A stretch of DNA of 64,000 nt from Planctomycetota bacterium (GTDB lineage: Bacteria; Planctomycetota; B15-G4), in NCBI GenBank assembly GCA_965248575.1, contig CBDFJQ010000002.1, positions 2,080,001 through 2,144,000 on the forward strand, written 5' to 3'. A program made the position numbers and the translations under genes. Under the pieces are notes generated by a model. That model made no database searches, was not told the DNA's origin, and saw only the letters and a program-made list of their open reading frames with translations. Positions 31,801 to 40,947 of the stretch are shown piece after piece (the first letter of the stretch is position 1; each line of letters opens with the position of its first letter).

Positions 31801-32113
31801 GGCCACCATCGCCAACATCTGGCGAGAGTCCTTGAAGCTGGACCAGGTGGGCCGCGCCGACAACTTCTTCGACCTGGGCGGAAACTCGATCCTGTTGATC
31901 GCCGTGCACGGCAAGCTCAAGGCCGCATTGGGGAGGGAATTCCCGATGGTGGAACTGTTCCGGTTCCCCACGGTGGGCACCCTGGCCCGGCACCTCGAAG
32001 GAGCTGGGGACCCAAGCGGCGAGTCACCCCAGGACGCCGCAGAGAAGACCGAGAAGTTGCAGGCAGGCCGCAGCCGGCTAGCCCAGATGCAGCAACGTCG
32101 ACGTCGGAAATGA
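28820..32113 (+). CDS. Stand-alone NRPS module DCL-A-T (Leu-like specificity)
   Basis: FYPLSPLQQGLLFH, HHLLMDG, YTSGSTGTPKG, GGNS carrier motif. Manual specificity code DAWFFGHVVK. Arg-rich C-terminal tail. Confidence 0.93.
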   Translation: MSMPDVEDFYPLSPLQQGLLFHSLSDEGDGLYFNQTLLGLEGALDVEAFRRAWAAVVDLHPILRTFFVWEGVEKPIQVVKRGATMPLDHLDWRADPAGAHAQRLDSLLQEDLAQGFDLSQAPLMRATLVRTADDRHELSWSFHHLLMDGWSMFRMLGQVFATYDTLVAGGSPQLERSRPYRDYLVWLSRQDRSKAEAFWRENLAGFTAPTPLPPDLAPDLHAARGPAQTAAESADFAVLTGALSVDTTAALSQLAADNHLTLNTLLQGAWALLLSRYSRESDVLFGAIVSGRPPELEGVDGMVGLFINSLPVRVRMDRSEALLPWLQRLQADQAELREYEHSALVDVQGWSEVPRGEQLFETLFLFENYRKDTPLEEMCSSLKLRDVRWFERHNFPIAAVAIPGESLSLRVIYQTQRFSRAGIERLLGHWRTLVESMVAQPGATLGAHGLLTPEERKLLLETWNDTDADLPDVCAHELVERQADALPESLAVVQGERCLTYAELELRANRLAHQLKALGVGPGVRVALATGRTLEMVVGILGTLKAGGAYVACDLGVPPARLAYVFEDSQALVVLTTAETASSLPAHGAQTLTADAQGQWRADAAAQTEAPAWPATRPAPSACPSDLAYVIYTSGSTGTPKGVELEHAGLVNLLSWHQRTYDVKPGDRASHLAGLGFDACVWELWPYLAAGSCLHLVDQETRLAPDALLQFFARVGITQAFVPTPLAEAMLRLDMPSDLVLDVVFTGGDKLNRAPEQALPFRLVNHYGPTENTVVATAVEVPPNAEDDSAPTIGKPIDNVQCYLLDADMNPVPVGVAGELFIGGKSLARGYLGREDLTAQAFVPNPFRDDTRLYATGDLGCWTGDGEIEFLGRIDSQVKVRGYRIELGEIETVLARHAGVREAVVLAREDVPGNKQLAGYVVAADPAAAALQEAELKAHCAAELPDYMVPPAILVLDSFPLSSSGKLDRKALPAPDIARPRMEAAYEAPTEGVEATIANIWRESLKLDQVGRADNFFDLGGNSILLIAVHGKLKAALGREFPMVELFRFPTVGTLARHLEGAGDPSGESPQDAAEKTEKLQAGRSRLAQMQQRRRRK

Positions 32114-32192
32114 GGCGTTCCCCTGAAGCGGGGAACAGAGCCAGCTTCACCCTCGTCCAATGCAAGATCCGATCCCAGGAGAGACTCTGCCC

Positions 32193-32813
32193 ATGCTCAT
32201 GCGTTCCCTGTGCCTGCTGCTCGCACTGACGGCCCTCCCCGCCCACCCGTCCCCGAGCCAGCCGCCGCTCTCTCCGCCCGTCGAGGGCGACGTCATCATC
32301 ACGCTGCGCGCTCACGACGCCCTGAACTCCGCCCTGAGCCTGGACTCCTTGAAACACGCAGGCTCCATCGTGGCCGGCGAACTGATCCTGGATTTGGCCG
32401 GCATGGCCTATGGCGCCTTCAGCCCCGGGAAGCTGAGCTTCGCGTTCCGGCGCGACGAAACCGCAAAGCTGCTGCACGTGGAACCGGCCACGGTCCCGGG
32501 CGTGACGACCTCCAGCCACATCGCTCCTCACCCACCGCTGAGCATCTATCACTCCCTGCGCCTGTCGCGCGGCAAGGTCTTCTACGACCGCCCCGTGGGC
32601 AAGACGGTGCGCCTGAAGGAAGCGCAAGAGCTCTTCGGCCCGCTACCGCCCGAGGGCGCACAGCACATCGTTCCGAAGGCCGGCCACACCTATCTGCTGC
32701 GCACCCTCGACCCCAAGGCCCTGGGAGGCCGCGAGCACTTCCTGAAGTTCCTCGTGCTCGAAGCAACCCCGGACCAGGTGACGCTGCGCATCGACCACTT
32801 CCGGGAGAGCTAG
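32193..32813 (+). CDS. Secreted hypothetical protein
   Basis: Signal peptide MLMRSLCLLLALTALPA and high-GC3 codon usage. Confidence 0.6.
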   Translation: MLMRSLCLLLALTALPAHPSPSQPPLSPPVEGDVIITLRAHDALNSALSLDSLKHAGSIVAGELILDLAGMAYGAFSPGKLSFAFRRDETAKLLHVEPATVPGVTTSSHIAPHPPLSIYHSLRLSRGKVFYDRPVGKTVRLKEAQELFGPLPPEGAQHIVPKAGHTYLLRTLDPKALGGREHFLKFLVLEATPDQVTLRIDHFRES

Positions 32814-32852
32814 CCTCTGCCGCCCGCCGCGATCCCTGCGAGGGCTCCAGCC

Positions 32853-33827
32853 CTAGGGCTCTGGCCACTCCAACTTGCGTCCGACCCAACGCCAGTGAGC
32901 CAACTGGGCACCTCGATGCAGCTTCTTGTCGAGGAAGGAGAGCAAGGGGATGGGCAGGTCGCGCAGGGTGATGCCCAGGGGCTTGCCGCCTTGCGGCTGG
33001 CTCAGCTCGTAGCCCAGCTCTTGCATGAGATCCCCGGTCAGGTATTCGATGATGCGTGTGTGCGCGGGTGAGAGTTCATCGCGCCACCCACCCTTGGGGG
33101 TCTTGCGCACGAAGTCGGCGGGCAACTCCTTCTTGCCGCGCACCTTGTCCTTCGTGCTGGCCTGGACGGCGTGCTCGCAGAGCGCCTGGTCTGCGGGGAG
33201 ATCCAGCCACGAGAAGATGCGAGCCATCTCCTCCACACCTTGGTCCTTGAGGTCCTCGTAGCGCACCTGCAGGTAGCGGTCGGTGAGCTGCGGAATACGC
33301 ATGGCCGCCTCCACGTCCTCACGCCAGTAGCGGCCGCCGTCCACGGGGTGCGTGGGAAACTCCCACTTGGCCCAGCCGCGACTCGCGCTGCGATGGCTGC
33401 AGAAGACCGCCCTTGGATCCCTTGCGATATGCAGGAAATAAGCGTCGGGCATGACCTTCAGGATGAACTCGGCCAGCTTGCCGTTCTCAGGGGTCTTGTC
33501 CACGACCACGGAGGCACCCGGCTTGGCGCTCGCCACGGCACCCAGGATGCCATCGGCCACGGGCCGCAACATGGGGTAGAGCCCCTCTGCTGGCAGCACC
33601 TGCTTGAGCCTGAGCGTGTCGTCGTCACCGGAATCCGCCGTGGCCTCACCGGAGCTGTTCACGATGAAGCTGAAGGCCGCCTTGTTGTTCCACCAACGCT
33701 CCATGCCCTGCAGGTAGTCGAAGACCTTGGCGTGCTGGAAGGTCGCCACCTGGGGGTGATGGCTCATGAGAAAGGTGGTCCATGTGGACCCACTGCGCGG
33801 ACAACCCACGATGAACACGTTCTTCAT
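32853..33827 (-). CDS. PAPS-dependent sulfotransferase
   Basis: VFIVGCPRSGSTW, VDKTPEN, RDPRAVFCS, RYEDL. ATGA-coupled to the thioesterase. Confidence 0.9.
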   Translation of the reverse strand: MKNVFIVGCPRSGSTWTTFLMSHHPQVATFQHAKVFDYLQGMERWWNNKAAFSFIVNSSGEATADSGDDDTLRLKQVLPAEGLYPMLRPVADGILGAVASAKPGASVVVDKTPENGKLAEFILKVMPDAYFLHIARDPRAVFCSHRSASRGWAKWEFPTHPVDGGRYWREDVEAAMRIPQLTDRYLQVRYEDLKDQGVEEMARIFSWLDLPADQALCEHAVQASTKDKVRGKKELPADFVRKTPKGGWRDELSPAHTRIIEYLTGDLMQELGYELSQPQGGKPLGITLRDLPIPLLSFLDKKLHRGAQLAHWRWVGRKLEWPEP

Positions 33828-34579
33828 GAGGGCACCCGCCGTAGCTGTTGCGAGACGGCTTCGAGCAACGGCCCGACAGCCGACTGGATGAAGAAGTGGT
33901 CGCCGTCGAGCATGTTCAACTCGAAGCTGTTCGCGGTCTGTGCGCCCCACGCCTCGAGCTGATCCACCGGCACATGCTGGTCGGCGCTTCCACCGAAGGC
34001 CGTGATGGGACAGTCCAGGGGCTGCTCGTCCAGATAGGCGTAGGTGTCACAGATCGAGATGTCAGCCCGTAGCGCGGGCAAGAGCAGCTCCATCAGCTCC
34101 TCATGTTCCCGGGCCGCCGCGGGGATGGCGTCATAGAGGCGGCTCACCTCCTGCACGAACTGCTCAGCGGGAAGTTCGTGGATCGGAGCATAGGGCGCAG
34201 GGATCTGGGGCGCGCGATAGGCGGAGGCGAAGAGGTGGGCCGCTGCTGGAGCGCCGCGCCGACGCAGAAGACGCAGCAACTCGAAGCAGAGCAGTGCGCC
34301 CATGCTGTGCCCGAAGAACGCACACGGACGATCCAACAAGGGCTCGACGACAGCTGCCAATTGATCCAACAGGGGCTCCGCCGAATCGAAGGGCGTCTCT
34401 GCAAGTCGGTCCTCGCGCCCCGGAAGCTGGACACCCAGGACCTCGACGTCGGTGGGCAGCAGCTTGGCCCAGGGACGAAACGCCCAGGCGCCTCCACCCG
34501 CGTACGGAATGCAGATCAGACGCACCTTGGCTTCTGGCGCGGCGCGGATGCGCTTGATCCAGAGGTCCTGCTCAGCCAT
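33824..34579 (-). CDS. Type II thioesterase (GrsT-like)
   Basis: IPYAGGGA, LPGRE, FFGHSMG, LRAD, GDHFF. Confidence 0.92.
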   Translation of the reverse strand: MAEQDLWIKRIRAAPEAKVRLICIPYAGGGAWAFRPWAKLLPTDVEVLGVQLPGREDRLAETPFDSAEPLLDQLAAVVEPLLDRPCAFFGHSMGALLCFELLRLLRRRGAPAAAHLFASAYRAPQIPAPYAPIHELPAEQFVQEVSRLYDAIPAAAREHEELMELLLPALRADISICDTYAYLDEQPLDCPITAFGGSADQHVPVDQLEAWGAQTANSFELNMLDGDHFFIQSAVGPLLEAVSQQLRRVPS

Positions 34580-34610
34580 GGGCTTCTCGCGTCTGCGTCG
34601 GTCGGAAGGG

Positions 34611-35633
34611 TCAGAGAGTTGGTGAACGACTTAGCTTTGCTTGCGGACGGCCTGGGGGCAACTGCCCGTTGGACGGCAACTTTCCGGCCCAGGCGCAGAC
34701 CCTCTTCAGCAGCTCCGCCTGGGTCCACTGCAGGGTGAACACGTGGTTGGCTCCAGGAATGACCTCGTAGCTCGATCGTTCCATCCTGCGCACCCGCTCG
34801 AGCCCTTTGCCCAGAACGGTGTGGAAGTAGTCCAGCCCTTCATCACCCTCGCAGTACAGGTGGTAGAGGTGCACCCCACGGCCGGTCAGCCCTTCCAGCA
34901 GCTGCACGGCATCCGGTGCCTCCTCACTCGAATTGGTGGAAGCTTGCGCGGCGTCGGACCCCGAGCCAAAGCGCGCCTTGAGCGCCCGCACAGGCCCCCC
35001 CACCATCATGGACAAGATGCGACCGGGGCTGAGCTGCCCGCCCAGCGCCTTCTTCCAGTTCTTGGAGCGGAAGGAGCTCTTGAGCGCGATGCGCCAGGAA
35101 TGACGTGCCATGGCACGGGCGTGCAGCTGTTCACTGAGCGCAGGGTCCATACCATGCAGGTGCATCTGCGCGTTGATCAGCACGGCACCCACGACGCGCG
35201 GGTCTGACTGCGCCGCCACGAAGGCGTTGATGGCGCCGCTGCAGATGCCGATCGGCACGAAGGAGGTCACACCCCGGGTGCGCGCCAGTAGCTCCATGGC
35301 CTCTCTCGTCTCCATGGCAACGCTCTGCACGGCAGGCATGGCATCCGCCCGACGTCCGCTGTCGCCGATCCCCGAGTAGTCAAAGCGCAGAGAGGGGAAG
35401 CCCTGTTTGGCGAGGGCGCGTGCGAGTTTCACGTACAGCTCGTTAGGGCCAACGTGGTGGGTGATGCCCGCGTTCAGGAAGAGGAAGGCCGGGCGCCCAA
35501 GCGCGGGAGCCGCCCCTTGCTTCTGCTCCGTCTCGCCGACCAGGTCGGCACGAGCCCCGGAGGTCGGGGCGGCCTCGGTCACGATGCCCGTCACGCAACC
35601 TCCGCCGCTGAAGACGACTGCCTCTTCCTTCAT
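34611..35633 (-). CDS. Alpha/beta hydrolase with Cys nucleophile (exosortase-associated hydrolase-1-like)
   Basis: LRFDYSGIGDS, nucleophile elbow GICSG, C-terminal GANHVF. Confidence 0.8.
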   Translation of the reverse strand: MKEEAVVFSGGGCVTGIVTEAAPTSGARADLVGETEQKQGAAPALGRPAFLFLNAGITHHVGPNELYVKLARALAKQGFPSLRFDYSGIGDSGRRADAMPAVQSVAMETREAMELLARTRGVTSFVPIGICSGAINAFVAAQSDPRVVGAVLINAQMHLHGMDPALSEQLHARAMARHSWRIALKSSFRSKNWKKALGGQLSPGRILSMMVGGPVRALKARFGSGSDAAQASTNSSEEAPDAVQLLEGLTGRGVHLYHLYCEGDEGLDYFHTVLGKGLERVRRMERSSYEVIPGANHVFTLQWTQAELLKRVCAWAGKLPSNGQLPPGRPQAKLSRSPTL

Positions 35634-36445
35634 GCCGCGCCTTCCTCGGCCCAACGCACGATGGCGTCGAGCACCTTGCGTGGCACATGGACCTTCCCGA
35701 AGTCCTCGACCCAGGACCAGAGATGTGGGTTGGGGATCTTGGCCGTACCTAGCTTGCAACCGTAGCTGGCCAGGTGCTTGCTGAGAGGCTCTTGCGACAC
35801 CTCTTCGTGGCTCTCCACGAGCAACACGTGCTCCGCGGGCCGCGTCTGGATGTTGCCGACGATGTCGATGCCCTGGATGTCCGCCACGAGCTGTGCCGGC
35901 AGGGCGTAACCGAGCACCTCATCGCGGCTGCCCTGGGCGTCGGGAATCACATGCGCGTAGTTGAGCATGGTGTCGTGCAGTGAGCGTATCTCGTCCAGGT
36001 AGCCCCCCCCATCGAAGACAGGATCCCACAGGACGAGCCGTTCCACGTCGGGCCGGGCGACGGCCACCCGCGCGGCAATGGCCGCACCGAGCCGCAACCC
36101 GATCAGCCCCACATCCTTCACGGAAGTTCGCTGCGCCAGCTCATCCAGCGCATCGCTCGTGTCGGTGAACCAGCGGTCGAGACTCCAGTCCCGGATGTCC
36201 CCGGCGGAGTCGCCGCAACCATGAAGATCGAAGCGCAAGACCGGGAAACCCGCCTCGCTGAGCAGGGTGGCGAGCAGACGCAGCGCCCGATGGAACTGCA
36301 GGTACTCGTGACCGAATGGCGGGCAAATGACGAAGCCGCGCTCTCGCGGTTCGCCGACAGGCGCGTGGTAGTTCGCGTACAGCGGGCCCCCGCTGCCTTC
36401 GAAGAACAGTGGTTGGGCCCCGTGGATCACGGTGGGTTCGTTCAA
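35630..36445 (-). CDS. Alpha/beta hydrolase-fold protein lacking a nucleophile (hydrolase-2-like)
   Basis: CPPFGHE, LRFDLHGCGDS, elbow GLRLG, LWDPV..G..YL. Confidence 0.8.
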   Translation of the reverse strand: MNEPTVIHGAQPLFFEGSGGPLYANYHAPVGEPRERGFVICPPFGHEYLQFHRALRLLATLLSEAGFPVLRFDLHGCGDSAGDIRDWSLDRWFTDTSDALDELAQRTSVKDVGLIGLRLGAAIAARVAVARPDVERLVLWDPVFDGGGYLDEIRSLHDTMLNYAHVIPDAQGSRDEVLGYALPAQLVADIQGIDIVGNIQTRPAEHVLLVESHEEVSQEPLSKHLASYGCKLGTAKIPNPHLWSWVEDFGKVHVPRKVLDAIVRWAEEGAA

Positions 36446-39400
36446 GTGGACGGCCCTTCAGAGGAGGGCCCTTGGGACCCGCCGCGGAACACCCGGGCCA
36501 GGCGCTTCATGAGCCCCTTCTTGGGCTTGTCTGCAGCGCCTTGGACAGCGCGCAACTCACACAGGGTCGCCAACTGGCCAAGCGTCGGGAGCACCAGCTC
36601 ACCCGGGTTCATCTTCAGATCCAACTGCTTCTCGATCTCGCCGATGACCTGCATCAGCAAGAGGGAGTGCCCGCCGAGATCGAAGAAGTTGTCGTGCAAG
36701 CCCACACACTCCAGCTCCAGGACGTCGGCCCAGATGGCTGCGAGCCGGGTCTCCATGGGTGTCACGGGCGCCACGAACCCCGAGCTGCGTGCAGGTGCAG
36801 CGCCCGCATCGGGCGCCGGGAGCCGGTCCCGATCGACCTTGCCCTGGGTGTTCAGCGGGAAGGCGTCCAAGGTCATCCAAGCCGAAGGCACCATGTAGCT
36901 TGGCAGGGAGTCGGACAGGGCCTCGCGCAGCGCTCCGGTGTCGGGTCCACCCGAAGAAATCACGACGTAGGCCACCAGACGTGGGTTGCCCGGGCTGTCT
37001 TCGCGCAGCAGCACCGCCGCCTCCTCCACACCGTCGTACTGTGCCAGCGCCGCTTCGATCTCCTCCAATTCGATGCGATAGCCGCGGAACTTCACCTGAT
37101 TGTCCCGTCGGCCCAGGAACAGCAGGGCGCCGTCTTCCCGGTGCCTGACCACGTCGCCCGTGCGGTACATGCGGGTCGGGGAACCTGCCAGCTCCGCCCC
37201 CAGAGCGCCTCCCTGCCGAAGCTCCTCGAGGAACGGGTCGGGCAGGAAGCGCTCGGCCGTCAACTCCGGGCGTTCGAAGTAGCCGTCAGCTACTCCCGCA
37301 CCGGCCAGGTGCAACTCGCCGGGCACACCCATGGGCAGGGGTTCGCCGTTGGGGTCGAGCACATAGGCGCGAACATTGCGCACGGGCCGACCGATGGGCA
37401 CGTCGTAATCACCCGCCATCAAGCTGTGCGCTGTGCCGACGATGGTCGCCTCTGTGGGGCCGTAGGTGTTCAGCAGGAGCGGGCCGCTACCCACCTGCTC
37501 GAACCACTCCGCCAATTGCTCGGGCTTGGCCCGTTCGCCGCCCAAGATGGCCACGCGCACAGTGGCCGGGAACGGCACGCCCGAATCGGCGAGCCCGCTC
37601 ATCACCACATGCCAGTAAGCCGTTGGAAAGTCGATCACGGTGATGTCTTGTTCGGTGCACGCCCGCAGGAAAGTCGCGACGGAACCGATCATGGCGTCGG
37701 TGCGCAGCACGAGGGTCGCCCCAGCCAGCAGGGCGGGATAGATCTCTTCCGCCGCCGTATCGAAACTGACGCTGGCGAACTGGAGCACTCGATCTGCAGA
37801 AGTCAGCCCGAAGGCCTCACGGGCATGTGAGACGTAGTTTGAGAGGGCCCGATGTGGGATCAGCACACCCTTCGGCCGCCCGGTCGAGCCCGAGGTGTAG
37901 ATCATGTAGGCCAGGGCATCGGGGCCCGCAGAGCCGTCCGCCAGGGGTGTGTCCGCTTGTGCGGCGAGCCTCTCAGCCAGCGAATCCAAGCAGAGCACCG
38001 GACAAAGCACCGGCGACGGAGTGCTTTCCGTGGGGAAGCGATCCAGCAAGCGTTCCTGCGTCAGGAGCAGGTCGACCTGGGCATCCTCCAGCAGGAAGCG
38101 CAGGCGCTCCTCGGGATACATGGGGTCGAGGGGCACATAGGACGCACCAGCGGACAAGATGCCCAACAAGGCCACCACCATCAGCGGCTCGCGCTCGACG
38201 CACAGACCCACCCGGGCACCCTCGCCCAACCCCTCTTCGCGCAGCAGGTGCGCGAGCTTCATCGCTCGCGACGCCAACTCGCGATAGGTCAGGGCTTCGG
38301 CCCCCTCCTGCAGTACGGCGATGGCGTCCGGTGTGGCCTGGGCCTGGCGCGCAAACTGGACATGCACGGGCTCGCTCTCGGCGTCCCCGGGGGAGCCTGC
38401 AGCCGTCTTGTTCCAATCCACCAACAGGGTGTGTCGTTCGGTCTGCGACACCACGGGCACCCGTGCCAACGGGGTCTCCGGAGCGCTCGCGATGCTCAAC
38501 AAGACCCGCTCGAAGTTGTGCAGCAGGCGCATCACCGACTCGGCGTCGAAACGGGTCGAGTCATAGGAGATGGCCAGGTTCAGCTCCGGCCCTGGCGTGA
38601 TGATGACGGTCAGGGGGTAGCCCGGGCCGCCGTGATGTCCGTGCACATCCTCCACCCGCAGGCCGCCGCCCCAGTCACTCACCGTGAGGTCACCCAACCA
38701 GTTCTCGAACACCAGCAGGCTTTCGAAGAGCGGGAGCCCCGCGGGCACATCGCTGTAGCCCTTGACCGTCACGAGGGAGCTGTACTCGAAACTGCGCTGC
38801 TTCACCTGGCGTGCCTGCAGGTCGCTCAGCCAGTCCCCCACAGCTTGATCGACGGGCAGCTGCACCCGGCTGGGCAGCAGGTTCACGAACAGCCCGACCA
38901 TGCTCTCCACACCCTCCAGGGGGATGGAGCGGCCGGACACGATGGTGCCGAAGACGACGTCGCTTTCCCCGGAGTAGCGAGAGAGGAGCACCGACCACGC
39001 ACCCTGGACCAGGGTGTTGAGGGTGATTCCTCGCCGCTGGGCGAACTCGCTGAGGGTCGCGCTGGTCTCGGCCGAGAGGCGGATCTGACGCCCGTCGTAC
39101 TCCGTCACCGGTGCGTGCATGCGCGTGGGCGACTGATCGATACCCATGTGCGTGGGAACCTCGAATCCCGCGAGCTCGGCGCGCCACCAATCCTCCGCAG
39201 CCTGGGGGTCCTGCTCCTGGATCCAGGTGACGTAATCCCTGTAGGGGCGGTGCTCGGACAGCACCGGGGCCTCGCCAGCCACCAGCCCCCGGTAGTGCTG
39301 CAACACCTCGCCGAGCACCATCGACGCCGACCAGCCCTCCATCAGGATGTGGTGCAGGCTCCAGACCAGGCGCCAACTCTCACTCCCGGTGCGGAACAGG

Positions 39401-39774
39401 GCCAGGCGCGTCAGCGGGGCCTCATCGAAACTCACGCCCTGGGCGCGATCCTCGGCGCGGTGCCTTGCCAGGCGTTGCGTCTGGGCGTCCTCATCCAGAC
39501 TGGAGAGATCGGTCAGCGGGAGCTCGACCTGCTGCTCGTCATGCACGACCTGCAACGGCTTGGCCAACTCATCCCAATGGAACGATGTGCGCAGGATGGC
39601 GTGCCGGTCGAACGTCCGCTGCCAAGCCTCGCGCAAGGCCTCCACGTCGAGCGGGCCGGCGAGGAAGTACTCGAGCTGCATGAGGTACATGCCCGAGTCG
39701 CCGATGGTCACGCTGTCGTACAGCATGCCGTGCTGCATTGGCGACAGCTCGTAGATGTCCGAAACGCCTTCCAT
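36442..39774 (-). CDS. Stand-alone NRPS module DCL-A-T (basic amino acid-like specificity)
   Basis: IYELSPMQHGML, HHILMEG, YTSGSTGRPKG, GGHS. Manual code DTEDIGTIVK. No TE domain. Confidence 0.93.
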   Translation of the reverse strand: MEGVSDIYELSPMQHGMLYDSVTIGDSGMYLMQLEYFLAGPLDVEALREAWQRTFDRHAILRTSFHWDELAKPLQVVHDEQQVELPLTDLSSLDEDAQTQRLARHRAEDRAQGVSFDEAPLTRLALFRTGSESWRLVWSLHHILMEGWSASMVLGEVLQHYRGLVAGEAPVLSEHRPYRDYVTWIQEQDPQAAEDWWRAELAGFEVPTHMGIDQSPTRMHAPVTEYDGRQIRLSAETSATLSEFAQRRGITLNTLVQGAWSVLLSRYSGESDVVFGTIVSGRSIPLEGVESMVGLFVNLLPSRVQLPVDQAVGDWLSDLQARQVKQRSFEYSSLVTVKGYSDVPAGLPLFESLLVFENWLGDLTVSDWGGGLRVEDVHGHHGGPGYPLTVIITPGPELNLAISYDSTRFDAESVMRLLHNFERVLLSIASAPETPLARVPVVSQTERHTLLVDWNKTAAGSPGDAESEPVHVQFARQAQATPDAIAVLQEGAEALTYRELASRAMKLAHLLREEGLGEGARVGLCVEREPLMVVALLGILSAGASYVPLDPMYPEERLRFLLEDAQVDLLLTQERLLDRFPTESTPSPVLCPVLCLDSLAERLAAQADTPLADGSAGPDALAYMIYTSGSTGRPKGVLIPHRALSNYVSHAREAFGLTSADRVLQFASVSFDTAAEEIYPALLAGATLVLRTDAMIGSVATFLRACTEQDITVIDFPTAYWHVVMSGLADSGVPFPATVRVAILGGERAKPEQLAEWFEQVGSGPLLLNTYGPTEATIVGTAHSLMAGDYDVPIGRPVRNVRAYVLDPNGEPLPMGVPGELHLAGAGVADGYFERPELTAERFLPDPFLEELRQGGALGAELAGSPTRMYRTGDVVRHREDGALLFLGRRDNQVKFRGYRIELEEIEAALAQYDGVEEAAVLLREDSPGNPRLVAYVVISSGGPDTGALREALSDSLPSYMVPSAWMTLDAFPLNTQGKVDRDRLPAPDAGAAPARSSGFVAPVTPMETRLAAIWADVLELECVGLHDNFFDLGGHSLLLMQVIGEIEKQLDLKMNPGELVLPTLGQLATLCELRAVQGAADKPKKGLMKRLARVFRGGSQGPSSEGPST

Positions 39775-39843
39775 GCACTCCTTGCCTTGTCACGTCGCGG
39801 GTCACGTTGGAGCTTTGCCCGACTGATGCAGAACCGCTGAAGC

Positions 39844-40947
39844 CTACCAGCCCATGTCCTGTCCCAGGTACTCCTGCAGCCGTGCGTTGTGGGGCTCGAA
39901 GTAGCGTTCCAGTCGTGCCCGTGCGGAAGGCTCCATATCCGGATAGGGCGCGGCGTTCAGCTTCCTGAACTCCTTGGGCGCGTGGTAGTCGAGCCCCAGG
40001 AAATGGAAGGCCTTCTCCAAGGTCTGCTTGGGGGCTTCGTAGAGCCCCTCGGTCCGCACCACGCACATCTGCGTCTTGGGGAAGTGCTGCTCCCACTGCT
40101 TCAGCTGGTCCACGTAGATCCCGCGACGCAGATAGGAGTGGTGCATGAAGTCGAAGCTGAAGTAGTCCCCCTCGGCATCGACCTTCTGGCTCTCGCCTTC
40201 CAGGCGTTCCTCTTCCTTTTCGATGGCCGCCTCGAAGGACAGGGTCTCGAGGCCCGCGCGCAGGTTGTGGTTGTAGAAGGAATACGCCCGATCGACAGGG
40301 TTGCGCAGGATGGAGAGCAGCTTGATCTGCGGCACGGTGCGCTGGATACGCTCGGCGCAATGCGGGTGGAAGAGGTAGTCCGGCGTGGCCTCGCCCGTGA
40401 GCATCGAGCCCTTCGCACTCCTGGTCGGAAAATGCGAGCGGTACCAGAGCGCCCCGCGCTGGTAGTAGGCGTTGAAGAAGTAGATCTCCTTCTTCATCGC
40501 CGGGGCGATCCCGGGGTGCTGGGTGAGGTAGCTGTAGAGCGCCGTGGTGCCGCACTTCTTGGCGCCGATGATGAGGAAGTCAGGCAGGCTCCGCAGCGGG
40601 CTCGTGAGCAGGTGGCTCGCCTGCTTCATCTTGTAGCGCCAGGTCGGCGCCGGATTGAAGTGCGAGGTGAGCATGTAGCGCGCTCCCTCCACGAACTGCT
40701 TCGTACCGTCCGGCCCACGGATGTGCAGGACCAGCGGACCCTCCTCGCCCGGTTGGACCTTGAAGCTCATGTGCGGACAACTGGTACTCCAGGCCGTCGT
40801 GAAGACGTCCAGCTTCTCGGCCCATGCCGGGTTGCGGGGATACTCCAAGGAGTAGCCGTCGTCCAGCTCCGTCAGCTTGTCGCAGCGGGTCATGATGTCG
40901 GCCGTCGTCTTCTGACGCTGCCCGAGACTGATTCCCGTGTCGCTCAT
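39844..40947 (-). CDS. Sulfotransferase (Sulfotransfer_1, heparan-sulfate-ST-like) with extra N-terminal domain
   Basis: PDFLIIGAKKCGTTAL, KEIYFF, GEATPDY, LRNPVDRAYS. Confidence 0.9.
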   Translation of the reverse strand: MSDTGISLGQRQKTTADIMTRCDKLTELDDGYSLEYPRNPAWAEKLDVFTTAWSTSCPHMSFKVQPGEEGPLVLHIRGPDGTKQFVEGARYMLTSHFNPAPTWRYKMKQASHLLTSPLRSLPDFLIIGAKKCGTTALYSYLTQHPGIAPAMKKEIYFFNAYYQRGALWYRSHFPTRSAKGSMLTGEATPDYLFHPHCAERIQRTVPQIKLLSILRNPVDRAYSFYNHNLRAGLETLSFEAAIEKEEERLEGESQKVDAEGDYFSFDFMHHSYLRRGIYVDQLKQWEQHFPKTQMCVVRTEGLYEAPKQTLEKAFHFLGLDYHAPKEFRKLNAAPYPDMEPSARARLERYFEPHNARLQEYLGQDMGW

